Assembly: GCF_006345805.1 (NCBI RefSeq)
Contig: NC_042997.1
Span: forward strand, 192,758,001-192,822,000
Length of the DNA: 64,000 nucleotides
Source of the DNA: Octopus sinensis
Taxonomy: Eukaryota
Direction of reading: 5' to 3'
The position numbers and the translations under genes are program-made. Below the pieces are notes generated by a model. It was not told where the DNA came from. It saw only the letters and a list, made by a program, of their open reading frames with translations, and did not search any database. Position 1 is the stretch's first letter; each line of letters starts with the position of its first letter. Shown here piece by piece: positions 37,725 through 50,280 of the stretch.

Positions 37725-39784
37725 TTTGGAATAAAGAAAAGAGATAAGAAGCAGCCAGCCACTATGTATAGCTGTTTGCCTGTATGGTAAATCAGATCTG
37801 CATAATTTGACAATTTTAATGGGGTTGATGATCTTAAGACAAAGGATTTGATATTATGAATGCTTAAATGTTAGTCAGTTGATCTGGTAGCCAGGACCTC
37901 ATATCAGTGAGATGGGTAGGGGCTGTGAAACCATTGAAAGGGAAAGCTCTGAAACAGTGCACATTGTTTCCTGGTGACTTATGAAACCTACTAACGTCTA
38001 GGTATGCAGAGCTTTCAATTAGCAAGACGTTTGCAAATCTCAGGTTGAACTGAACATGCCTGCATTGAATGTTTATATTCAGTCACTACCAATCCTCTTT
38101 CTATGCTTGTCACTGGGACATGAAAAGGACAGAATGTGGCAGGCATCATACAACAACTCTTCCACGATAAATTTGTGAATGAAGAGAAAGCTAGTCTGTT
38201 GTAATCAATGTCTCTAAATGATTCATTCCCAAAAGCCGCAAAATATTTCCTACTGCCTCACCTCTCACAAATACATAAGAATATCTACAATGGTTTTGTA
38301 CTTAGAACTTTAAAATCAAGTACTACAACACTTTATATACACTCAGCCAGCTAATTTCTGAAAATCCCAATGTTTTTTTTTTTTAATAATTAATTCTTTG
38401 TATAATACTCACTGATACTGAAGTAGACTATTTTTCTTCATTTTCAAATATTTATGTGTCACCAATGAGACTGCTTTCCATTGTTATATAATAGGACTAA
38501 AGCAGGAGATTTCATTTATTCATCTCCCGTACAAATTCCCTGTAATCTGTAATTTAATTGTTCAAACCTTGTCAAAACTGATCTGCTATCAATGTAGTCC
38601 TTTATTATGGAAATTTAATTTGAGTGTGTCTGGTGGTGGTAGGGCTCATATTGGTTTATAGACTTAACTATAATGGCTTAGTATTTTAGTATTTCTCATT
38701 GTACCAGATTACACTGTTCCTTTTTTACTCTCTCTCTCTCTCTCTTTGGCTTCTATTGTTTTGCTGGTGTCTGACAAAAAAACTATTTTGCTATGTGTAC
38801 TTTACATAGATATTAATTATTACAATTACGCATCATTTCGTTCACCATATTGACTAAGTCTCTCCTTTTATATGTTAGAAGTATTTTATTATTGAAAAAC
38901 AACCTAGAAAATAGCTGTTTTAGAGAGATTTCAAGAATTTAATTATATAAGTTTGTTTTGTAAAATTGGCTTCCAGTCAAGTTAAAGCACTCAGTTAACA
39001 TCTTTTTATTTATTTATTTTATTTATTTGTTTATTTAGTTGCTTTTGTGCATGTGAATTTTCTTCCATTGTAGACAGAACAGACGTATAGACAAATTATT
39101 CTTAATGATGTATCAATGTTTTAATTAGTTACACATCATCTTGCTTCATATGACAAAATATGATTAAATAAGATAGTGTGTGTGTGTGTGTTACATAATC
39201 TCTAAATTTTAAAATATACTTCAATATGTGAAATAAGATATTTTTCTGTTCGCTCAGTAAAAGTCTGTGGGTTTTTTTTTTTTACACTTTTCTATCATGA
39301 CTTTTTAACTTTATTTTTCATGGTAAACACTGAATGAATTTCATTTTGACCTTCAAAGCTTTCACTGTAATCTTTTCTAATAAGCTTACTTATCATGAGA
39401 GCTGCTGTCCTAATGATAATTTTAATACATTGCATAAACTATTATCAGTCTGAACAGTATTTTTTTTTATACATATTTTTTATTGCTACCATTTTATGCA
39501 ATAGAAAAATAAGAGAGTCTCTTCAGGTTTCATCCTAAATAAATATAAGTAAATACTCAATGTCTCTTTCTCTTAACAGCAAATTACTGTTACAGTGGCT
39601 TTGGTGCAATGTTTAGACGCAAGAGTATAACATACTTGGACCTAACTGAGATTATGCAGTAGAGAAACATATGATGTGTTATGTCTTATATTTCCAAGAC
39701 CATTCGACTTTCTTTCCACCATCATTATGAAATTCCTGGTCTTTTCTCTATTTTGATGGACAAGAGTACCATACGAGTGAGATC

Positions 39785-40146
39785 GTTGACAGAGCAACAA
39801 GCTGGCCTCTGTGCCGAAGGCATGTTAAAAACACCATTCGACCGTGATCGTTACCTGCATCGCCTTACTAGCACTTGTGCTGGTGGCACGTAAAAGAAAA
39901 ACATTTGAACGAGGTCATTGCCAGTGCTGCTGGACTGGCTCCTGTGCAGGTGGCACATAAAAAGCACCATTTGAGCATGGCCGTTGCCAGTAGTAAAAGC
40001 ACCCACTACACTCTCGGGGTGGTTGGCATTAGGAAGGGCATCCAGCTGTAGAAACTCTGCCAGATCAGATTGGAGCCTGGTGCAGCCATCTGGTTTGCCA
40101 GTCCTCAATCAAATCATCCAACCCATGCTAGCATGGAAAGCAGTTG
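39785..40146 (+). mobile_element. Family B (RTE 3' UTR) with internal tandem units
   Basis: GGTGGCACGTAAAA units, CCCATGCTAGCATGGAAAG end. Confidence 0.85.
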
Positions 40147-41062
40147 TTAATTGTGGCATAAACTCTCTTTCTATTGTTTTCTTGTATAACATGACCTTGA
40201 TCTCCTTAAATTTAGAATTAATACTCAACTTACTTAATGTCGGCGGTTTGCTTCCTTTTGATATTTTTATCACTTCTTTTATTACCATCTCATTTTATTT
40301 CATTTTATTAACACCTTTATTTTCACCTCAGTTACCATTCTTTAATGCCGTCTGTTCTATCATCAACAACTCATCATATTTCATTCAACTCTTCTATGAA
40401 TTATTTTATTACTATCTTATATTTACTTTCTGAAATATGCAAGAACAATACAGAGATTTTATAACATTTATGTCTCACACACCCTTCCCCTAATGATTTG
40501 CCTAGAAATGGCTTATGAACCTTGCTTGGGATGATTTCAAGGAAAGACAAATAAATAAAAACAATCCTAAATTTGAGAATTTCTCCTAGTCGTTTGTCTT
40601 CAAAGCCTAGAAAATAATATGGTATCAACACACATTATTTGAGTTATATTTTTCATATAAAATAATGCCGGAGTTAAATAACTCCGTTTTCATTTTCATC
40701 TCTTGAAATTTTTTTGATCATAGATCTATTCAACAACACTACTACTACTACTAACCAACCAACAATAATATTAGAACACGTCAACGAAAAAGATCAATCA
40801 GTTTCTCCAAGTAGAGAAAAACTTTACTTACTATTGCTCAAAGAGCAAACTATTGAGTGTTTACTGATAATTTTCATGATAAAATATATTGAGCTCCTAA
40901 AAATCTAATGCAGTTTTATATTTCATGGTGACATCCACAAAACTGACATTCTTAAATTTTCTTTCATGATTTGTATATATATATATATATATATATATGT
41001 ATTTATGCATGCATGTATCTATTGAACATGCATGTGTATGTATATATATGTGTGTGTGTATA

Positions 41063-42690
41063 CCATAAAAATCCATGTAATTTGCGCACCTGTGTAATTT
41101 ACGCAGGTGGTTTTTCAAAATAAAAAGAGCTTTGTTAAAAAGAGCTTCTACTCATGTAAAATTCACACCTTAAAGTTTTCAGAATTGCTGATATAGCCAG
41201 AGGAAATAGGTTTTCAATTTAGTCATATTTAGCATAATTTCACTTACTTAAAATAATAATAATAATAATAATAATTGTGTACAGTGCTCAGGTGCACTAC
41301 AACTCATCTAAAGTGTATATATAATCAGGTGTAGTTTCGGCGGATTTCGGAAAGCATGAGGGCCTTAAAAGATGCAGTGTCATGGCAGTCAACAACTGAC
41401 GCAGGCAGTTTATTCCATGCTTCAGCAACTCTGAGCGTGAAAAAATGTTTCCGAAAGTCATGGGAGCTGTATTGTTTTCTGACTTTGTAGGCATGTCCAC
41501 GTGTGTTAGACACATGGAGATCAAAAAGGTGTTCAGTGTTGTTGTTGGTGAGGTGGTTGATAACTTTGTGGGTGTTTACCAAGTCCTTGTCATTAGATTT
41601 TATTAAATTTTCATTAAATAAAAATAATTCTGTTTAACAGGTATCAGACTGAAAGCTATTAAATTATAAAGTGTTTGTATGGTTTATAATAAACTTTATT
41701 TTACGTTTCTTGCCCACAAGAGATTATGTCCAATATTTACCATACTGCTGTATGTATTCTCTAATCATGATCACAGGAAAAGTTGTTGATAAGAATTACC
41801 AACAAAAACAGAGCTGATAAATACGCACAGGTGTTGCAAATTAAGTTTAATTACCAATAAACATCAGCTTCGATGACACTTTATTCAACTGACAGTGAAA
41901 GGTGACCAATCAAACTGATTATGTAAACAGAATTCTTTTCCACCTATTCTTGTTGGAACTTTTGATGTGGAGTATCAAAATTTTAATCTCTTTCACACTT
42001 ATAAAATGTCAAACAAACTTAAAAATTTGCCATTACCATTATTGTCAGTATGGGCAGAACTTTTGAATCGTTTACTGTCAAGGAGAAATTAAATTTCTTG
42101 AATAAGCATTTGAACATAGCAATAGAGCTGCCGGAGGACATTTTAATGTTAATGGAGTCAACATTTGAAATTGGCGTAAACAGTACGACAAATTTAAAAC
42201 TGTGCCTAGTAATAAACAGACAAAAGTAAAAACATACAATCAAGATTATCCACATTATTACATCTTCTTCAGTCAGGAATATCCATATCACTATGTATGT
42301 CAATGGTGGTCCACTGCGATAGGTAGAAACTCCAAGCAATGTAAAATAGGGCCTGGACTGTGTTTACCAGCATGAACATCAGACTTCAAAAAGTAGTTAA
42401 CCATTTAATGGTTTTAGTAAACTTATACAGAACAAGTAAGTATTATACCATCCAGCATAAATAAAAGTCGACTTCATTATATTTTAGCCATTATTTTTTT
42501 CTGCAAAAGACCTATTCTGACAGTAAATGAGTCAACTTCTGGTACGAATGTTTACGTTTTGTATGGCTTTTTTCAACAAAAAAAATTTCAAAAAAATTCT
42601 GTAAACAATCTATTCCTGTTATCTACACACCCACTAAAGTTTATTTTTATTTTTTGCGAAAAAAGTGTGTGAATTACAAGGGTTTTTAGA
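41063..42690 (+). mobile_element. pogo/Tigger-type DNA transposon remnant with Brinker-type HTH fragment
   Basis: Left TIR TA|CCATAAAAATCCATGTAATTTGCGCAC, degenerate right TIR GTGTGTGAATTACAAGGGTTTTTA; ATG 42050 MGRTFESFTVKEKLNFL/EHSNRAAGGHFNVNGVNI*NWRKQ. Confidence 0.7.
41252..41593 (-). mobile_element. CR1-clade LINE 3' end with (ATT)n tail, nested in the pogo element
   Basis: TRGHAYKVRKQYSSHDFRKHFFTLRVAEAWNKLP; homologous to 32187-32712. Confidence 0.9.
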
Positions 42691-42695
42691 GCCTG

Positions 42696-42749
<54 letters not shown>

Positions 42750-43140
42750 CATAGGCGCAGGAGTGGCTGTATGGTAAGTAGCTTGCTAACCAACCACATG
42801 ATCCCAGGTTCAGTTCCACTGTGTGGCACCTTGGGCAAGTGTCTTCTACTATAACCTTGGGCCAACCAGAGCCTTGTGAGTGGATTTGGTAGTCAGAAAC
42901 TGAAAAAAGCCCATTTTGTGTGTGTGTGTGTATGTTTGTGTCTGTGTTTGTCTCTCCAACATCGCTTGACAACCCTGCTGTACTCTTTCGCCACAACTTT
43001 CTCTCACTCTTTCTTCTGTTGGCCTGCTCGCTTAGCCAGCGGGGTGGCATCATCTGAAGGCTAAAACAATGCGATGTGCATTGTGACCGGCGATGTGTAG
43101 CAACATCTAATAGCATGGTCGGTCACAGTGATCACAGTGA
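42750..43140 (+). mobile_element. Chimeric SINE: A head + F-like core + distinct tail
   Basis: A sequence to CTTGACAACC (about 42972), then TACTCTTT..CAACTTTCTCTCACTCTTTCTT shared with 22777-22811, then an unrelated tail. Confidence 0.7.
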
Positions 43141-43384
43141 TATATATGAATGCACACACACACACACACACACATCATTTAATCTCCACTTTTCCATGCT
43201 TGGAATTTGTTGAGACAGATTTTCTTCAGCTGGATGCCCTTCCCAATACCAACAGTCTCCTGTTCTTAAACAAGGTAAAATCTTCCCTTAGCTAGACATG
43301 CTTTTCATAAAGGACTAACTTGCATTATGATGATGATGGCTCATTTACAACCATCATCTATGATAAGTGTACAAACACATGCAT

Positions 43385-43600
43385 ATAGTAGTAGGCATCC
43401 GTTGTTCGAAAGAGACCTTGGACCTGCACCTGGAGAAATTGTGTCAGCTGCTGAGAGTGACGCAGCTTCTGCTGTGGCAATAGAGGCCCATATGGGAGTG
43501 GCAGTCATACATACAGTGACTGCATTTGAAGGAGTTCCCCACCGGTGCTATTGGTTTTTCCTTTTATCGAGTGTGCTTTTCTTTGGTGGCAAGTTTCCAT
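43385..43600 (-). mobile_element. RTE-clade LINE 3' end with C-terminal zinc-finger motif
   Basis: Minus frame FKCSHCMYDCHSHMGLYCHSRSC*, tail ACGGATGCCTACTACT. Confidence 0.75.
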
Positions 43601-43778
43601 TTCTCTTCCAAGAAACACACACACACACACATAAAATGAAGTCAAACCAAATAATGATATTTATGCATTTAATAATTGTGCAGTGAATTAAAAAGGGAAT
43701 TTCATGCAATATCTTCCTCAATTAAAACGTATCAAAATTCTAGTAATGTGCATTGCTTCTATGCATAACACAAATTTG

Positions 43779-43812
<34 letters not shown>

Positions 43813-43821
43813 TATATATAT

Positions 43822-44571
43822 AAAAAGAATAAAAAGTTTTGAATGGTACGACAATGCACTATAATACAGACAATGGATTAATATACCTGTTGTAATTTAG
43901 TCATCCATAGTCTGATATGATATTTCGGAATAGTATTCCTTCTTCAGATATTCTTTTTAATAAAAAAGAAAAGTCGTTAGAAAACCAATTATTGCAGCGA
44001 CTCCATCTAAGAATATCTGAAGAAGGAATATTATTCTGAAATATATCAGACTATGGATGTCTAAATTACAACAGGTATATAGCCCATTGTCTGTATTATA
44101 GTGCATTGTTGTACCATTCAAAACTTTTTATTCTTTACAAACAATACACAATGCTTCAAGCGAACTACAATACTCTCCTATATATATATATATATATTAT
44201 ATATATATATATATAAAAAGAATAAAAAGTTTTGAATGGTACGACAATGCACTATAATACAGACAATGGATTAATATACCTGTTGTAATTTAGTCATCCA
44301 TAGTCTGATATGATATTTCGGAATAGTATTCCTTCTTCAGATATTCTTTTTAATAAAAAAGAAAAGTCGTTAGAAAACCAATTATTGCAGCGACTCCATC
44401 TAAGAATATCTGAAGAAGGAATATTATTCTGAAATATATCAGACTATGGATGTCTAAATTACAACAGGTATATAGCCCATTGTCTGTATTATAGTGCATT
44501 GTTGTACCATTCAAAACTTTTTATTCTTTACAAACAATACACAATGCTTCAAGCGAACTACAATACTCTCC
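43822..44571. repeat. Two identical 357-bp units (period 393), each a ~130-bp-arm palindrome with hammerhead-like core
   Basis: Units 43822-44178 and 44215-44571; arms 43824-43955 and 44009-44136; CTGAAGA-AGGAAT-ANT-ATTC(C/T)-GAAA in each arm; (TA)n before, between and after. Confidence 0.9.
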
Positions 44572-44603
<32 letters not shown>

Positions 44604-44605
44604 TA

Positions 44606-44819
44606 CAAGGTGGCCCAAAAGTAGGTTTACAGTTATTAAACTCTCTCTTTTGCATTCATACATTAACAGTTTAGATCTTAATTATAAAAAAAAATATGAA
44701 ACCATTATTCTATGCTAATTTATTTAATTATAAGATAGAAATTTAAATGTAGTAAAATGTTTTAAAAGAAATTTAAAGTGCCTGCGTGATAAATGTAAAC
44801 CTACTTTTGGGCCACCCTG
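44606..44819. mobile_element. Tc1/mariner MITE
   Basis: TA|CAAGGTGGCCCAAAAGTAGGTTTACA...TGTAAACCTACTTTTGGGCCACCCTG|TA. Confidence 0.9.
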
Positions 44820-44821
44820 TA

Positions 44822-44997
44822 TACACACACATGACTGGCTTCTTTCAGCTTCCATCTATCAAGTCCACTCAAAGGATTTTGGTCAACTCAGGATCATAGT
44901 ACTAGACACATACCCAAGGTGCTGCACTGTGGAACTGAACTCAAGACCACATGGTTGGGAAGCAAGCTTCTTAACCACATAGCCACATATGCACCTG
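44822..44997 (-). mobile_element. SINE A head half
   Basis: Reverse-complement head. Confidence 0.75.
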
Positions 44998-45557
44998 TGT
45001 GTGTGTGTGTGTGTGTAACAAATTTTCATTTTCTTTTTTTTTTTTGGTGGTGGGGATGAGGCTATTATATGGAACCTATTAGGTTAGATAGTAGAAATGT
45101 ATGAAATGTGTGAAGGTGTGTGGAAAAATTGGATAGATTTTAAATGATACCTAAGTATATCAGACATTTTGTTGCATTGATATGTCAACAAAGATGAGCA
45201 TTTATTATAGAGTCATATCAGCATAGAACTAGCAAAGCTCTGACAAGTTAACTGAATTGAAGTACCAGAAAGTTCATGGTTCAGACAGGAAGATGTTCTG
45301 GGGTAGGAAAATGTGAGATATATGTATTGGGCAGTGAATTGTGATAATCGTTTGTGTGTGTGTCTTTATTTTACCTTTTGACTCTTTACATCTCCACAAG
45401 GTGGCATTTTGCTAAAAAGAGACTGATAGAATAGTACCATTTTTTTTTAAAAGAAAAAAGGTACTGGTGTTGATTTGATGCCCTAAAAAAAAACGATCTG
45501 TAAAAGAAATGCTCCAGCATGGCCACAATCTAATGACTGAAATAAGTACAAGAATAC

Positions 45558-46355
45558 AGTTGCCTTTCATCCTTTCAGGGTTGTTTAAATTAGTACCAGT
45601 TACGCACTGGGGTCGATGTAATCGACTTAATCCATTTGTCTGTTCTTGTTTGTCCCCTCTACGTTTAGCCCCTTGTGGGCAATAAAGAAATAAGAAACGC
45701 TACATTCTGAGGTATATTATACCTTAAGCTCCAAAACTGAAGGCAGCCATATTAGGATGTCATAGAACTACACTTCACCTGACAAGAATTACTGAAGCTC
45801 CTGTCAGGAAATTTTAAACTTCAGGGGTGGCTATGTACTGCTTGTCATGTAAATGCAATATCTAGGGAGAGAGAGAGAGGAGAGAGGGGATTAATGGGTT
45901 TAGCATTCTATGTTATGAACCTAAGAAAACACCAGGGAATCTTCTAGCAACAATGTTAACTATTGGAAAATTTGTTAGCATTTTTTTTGACTGACTCTTT
46001 TGAAGTCTAACAAAAAGAAGTAAAACATTCCTTATAATGTTTTTTCTATTTTTTTGTTCTTTTATTTGTTTCATTCATTTGACTGCAGCCATGCTGGAGC
46101 ACCACCTTTAGTTGAAGATATCAAGCCTAGTATTTATTCTATCGATATCTTTTGCTGAACTGATAAGTTACAGGGACATAAAGTTACATTCTGAGTTCAA
46201 ATTCCACCGAAGTCGACTTTGCCTTTCATCCTTTCAGGGTCGATTAAATAAATACCAGTTACGCACTGGGGTTGATATAATCGACTTAATCCGTTTGTCT
46301 GTCCTTCTTTGTCCCCTCTGTGTGTAGCTTCTTGTGGGCAGTAAAGAAATAAGAA
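45558..46355 (+). mobile_element. Two SINE D-variant 3' parts (45558-45700, 46185-46355) with SINE A tail fragments
   Basis: GCCTTTCATCCTTTCAGGG..GTACCAGTTACGCACTGGGG..GACTTAATCC.TTTGTCTG in both. Confidence 0.7.
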
Positions 46356-47367
46356 GTGCATGGGCTGCGTGGAAGGTGGGGCGGGGGCTGTGTTGAATAA
46401 TAAACCTCGTTTGGTTACATTCCATGAGAATATCTTTGACACACTATGAACTACTCAGCCAACCTTTGTATCTTTATATCCAACTTAATGTGGATGTCTC
46501 ATTAGAACACTGAAAATTGTGTTTTTAGCTTTGAAAGGTCCTCTTATATAGGTGCTTAAGCTTGAAAAAAAAAAGCAAAGGTTAGGATCAGGAAGGGCAT
46601 ATGTCCATAGAAAACTGCCTGAAGAAGTCTGGTCCAACCCATACCAGCGGTGAAAAAGCAGATGTAAAAATGATGATGGTGGTATATTATTTTGCTATGT
46701 TGATAGTGACTTCACAGTTTCGTTGCTTTTCTCTGCTGAAATTTCAAAGTCATGGTCTATTTTTACCTTGTAAAAATAAGTTACTCGAGTTAAAGTATTG
46801 ACTGATCCTTCAATAAATGTTTGATAGTTTGTTTTATTTTTATACATAAAAACCAAATGACAATGTACACATCTTATATATCGTCATCATCGTTTGATGT
46901 CTGTTCTTCCATATACTGATATTGTTATATATAAAACAAGACGAGAAGCAAAACTTGTAGTACCAGACAATTTGATTTTTACAATAAATTCAGCTCTACT
47001 CTCAGAATTGAGTCAGTAAACATTCTGTTGTTCTTAAACTAGTTTTAAAATAATGATGTTTTAATATGTCTTCATCATCATTATCATCATAATCCCCATT
47101 ATTATCATTTAACACCCATTTTCCATGCTGACATGGGTTTGACAGAAGCTGTCAAGCTTTCATGTCAGCTTTGGCATAATTTCTATGGTTGGATGCTCTT
47201 CCTAATGCCAACTACTTTACAGAGTGTACTGGATGGTCTTTTGTGTGTCTGTGTAAAATTAATCAAGTAAATGTATGAGGACTCTCAACTCCCTCATCAC
47301 ACACGTATGAGATAAGTCATACATTTCTCCTGTTAACTTAATCCTATTATTCTTAGTCCAATCACCT

Positions 47368-47421
<54 letters not shown>

Positions 47422-47711
47422 TTGTTTGGGTACTTTTAGTTTTCAGAATATCTGGAAAAAGGACAGAAAAAAATAATTTCACAGAAGGCCAATGGGGTCC
47501 AGTTGGACCCCAATGACCATATTTTATGCTATAACATTCCATATGACAGGAAATTTTTAGCTCAAAATTTGTATGTGCATACATAAACCATTGACAATAA
47601 AAGTCATGCAACTCTTACATTTTTTTTATTTAAATGATTATAAACCTCATGACTTTTAAAATTTGATAGGGTCCCAAGGCAACCCCACCAGCCCATGAAG
47701 GGTTAAGACAA

Positions 47712-48180
47712 CAAGCTGGCAGAATCATTAGCACACTGGGTAAAATACATAGCAGCATTTTGTTAGTCTTTACATTTTGAGTTTACGTTGCCTGACTGGC
47801 ACTTGTGCCGGTGTGCAGGCGGTGACACGTAAAAAAAGAAAAAAACACGATTTTCCGTGACCGTTGCCAGTATCACCTGACTGGCCCTCTTGCCAGTGGC
47901 ACGTAAAAGCACCCACTACACTCGGAGTGGTTGGCATTAGGAAGGGCATCCAGCTTTAGAAACTCTGCCAAATCAAGATTGGAGCCTGGTGCAGCCATCT
48001 GGTTTGCTAGTCCTCAGTCAAATCATCCAACCCATGCTAGCATGGAAAGTGGACGTTAAACGATGATGATGATGATTCCACTGAGGTCGATTTTTGCCTT
48101 TTGTTCTTTCAGAATCAATAAAATAAGAACCAGTTAAAAACTGAGGTTGAAATTGCTGGCCTTGTGCCAAAATTTGAAAT
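47712..48180 (+). mobile_element. SINE D with family-B insertion (47795-48075)
   Basis: D head to TTTGAGTT, B copy ending GATGATGAT, D resumes TCCACTGAGGTCG. Confidence 0.8.
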
Positions 48181-48763
48181 CATCATCATCATCATCATTA
48201 ATTTTGTTTTATTATACTGTTGAACATGCATTAAGTTTTGATAATAAACCAGTTAATCTTCAAAACTGGGAAAATAGATTCAATCCCAATTAGCACTTCA
48301 TCCATCTCAATAAGACTGAGATATAGAATAAGACATCTGAAAAATCTTATGAGTATCTCCTTGATGTATTTACACTTGTTTTCCCATGTTTCTGTTAATC
48401 TACAAGGTTGGATCAAACTACTTTGTAGCTTAAAAACTTCCACTCAGCCATAAAGCAGGAGAATTCTGTTAACAAAATCTTAAGCTGATTCCCCACCCCG
48501 TCCCTTTCCACTAGTACTGTTGCTGTCACTTGAATATTTTTTTTACATGTGTGTGATTAGTGCGTGATTAATTAAATCTAACGTCAGGTTCTATAAAATT
48601 GATCTCTTTCCTTTCATCTCCATCAATGGACCAACTGCTAATAGTTATTGCGAGAAGAAAAGGTGTTTGTATTATTTAATCTTAAATGTTGAGCCTGTTC
48701 ATAGGGAAACAAACATCATACAAAGATTTGTAGTCTTTGCCCCCAAAGCATAAATGCTTCAGC

Positions 48764-48797
48764 TATATAAAAGCTGACAAGGTGTGAATATTCAGGT
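48764..48797 (+). promoter_or_regulatory. Possible TATA + initiator core promoter
   Basis: TATATAAAAG at 48764 and TCAG with A at 48794 (30-nt spacing), in non-repeat sequence. Confidence 0.2.
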
Positions 48798-49805
48798 GCT
48801 AGATGCGTAAAAATGGCCCATAACTTATTGATTGTTAGGACATCACCGTACTGACTTTGCAAGTCAGTATGGTGAAGTCTGTATCTCCACAAACTATAGT
48901 CAACAGCTGGAACTTTCACATGCAATGAGTAAATGAAGTGAAATGCTTAACTTGGAGTCAAACCCACATTTCGGAATGATGTTATTGGTAGTTATATATA
49001 TGTGTGTGTATTTGTTTTCATCTCCCACCACTGTTTGACAACTTGTGCTTGTTTGTTTACATTTTCTGTAACTTAGCAGTTTGACAAAAGAGAATGATAA
49101 AATAAGTACCAAACTTAAAAAAAAGAAGCACTGGAATTGATTTATTCAGCTAAACTCTTTAAGGTGGTTCCCCAATATTACGAAAACAAATAAACGATAA
49201 AAAAAGTTCCTTCAAAGGATTTTGTTTACTTATTGAGCACACTCTGTATAATTTTCCTAAGTTATGACTCACCACCACCACCACCGAGTTGTTTCTATCT
49301 TTACATTGCAGTAATCTCAATACTGAACTAACATAAAGGGAAAAAAAAATGTCTGAAATAAATTAAATGTTACAGCCGTTATGCTTCGTTAGTTTTAACT
49401 AACTTACATTACTCAACTTGTTTCCATTCAGTTCTACTGAACCAGAAAACAGGTCTCTCTGTAAAGTAATTACCATTGTTACTTCATGGTTAATTGGTCT
49501 CCAGGAGGATGTATAACCAGCTGTTAAAATTTCACTTCCAAGTTGTACAAATTTTTAAAGATTGCCGACCCCTTATCAACCATCCTAGCAGACAAAATTG
49601 AATGTGAAGCAACTAAAGAGAAATTAATTAGTCACATTGCTGGTACATTTCTTAATAAAATTCATTGAGCATAAAAATTCTTACCAACGTTTTTGCATAT
49701 TAAATAATTTTCAAACTTACAGTTAGCTGATTTTTTTTTTCTCTCTCTCTAGCTTAAAGATTATATTTCTGAATAAAAAATTTAATGCTTAAATTCTGTG
49801 TTTAA

Positions 49806-50027
49806 CCCTTTCGTTACTGCATTTATTTTGAGATGCTCTGTGTTTCTTTCAATCAGTTTTAAATATAACAAAGAATTTAGTAAAATAATTTAGTTATCAT
49901 TAAACTAGTGTTAGAAACATAAATTGTGACTAGGGTTTGCTGGAAGATTTTCATTCAAAACTTACGAAAACAAGACATTTGTACTACAGAGCCAGAGCCG
50001 GTTTCAGCCAGGTTGATAACGAAAGGG
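49806..50027. mobile_element. piggyBac-like MITE family C
   Basis: TTAA|CCCTTTCGTTAC...ATAACGAAAGGG|TTAA. Confidence 0.9.
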
Positions 50028-50280
50028 TTAAAGACTGGTTCTGCTAAAATTTCTGACAGCAAAAACTGCATGTCAGTGAGTTGTAAAACATGTCACTGTT
50101 TTCAGTGTTTATAGTTATACCAAAAGTTTGTTGACTAAATTAAATAATTAGCTAGCTTTATCTTGAAGATTTTAAATGTGCCATTCATTGCATGAACTTC
50201 AACATTAATTGCCTGGAAATAAGTATTTTATTGTTTTAAAATTGGATGAGCAGAATTGGTAGAGTCTCTAGCAGTATTTA

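Noticed and set aside
27664-39630. Strong acceptor-like sites at 9720, 21127, 27663 and 39579
   Set aside because: No convincing donor and early stops; expected by chance in T-rich introns.
42019-42339. 106-aa membrane-protein-like minus ORF
   Set aside because: Antisense to a decayed pogo transposase fragment.
43327-43686. 119-aa plus ORF in GC-richer sequence
   Set aside because: Antisense of an RTE C-terminal zinc-finger remnant.
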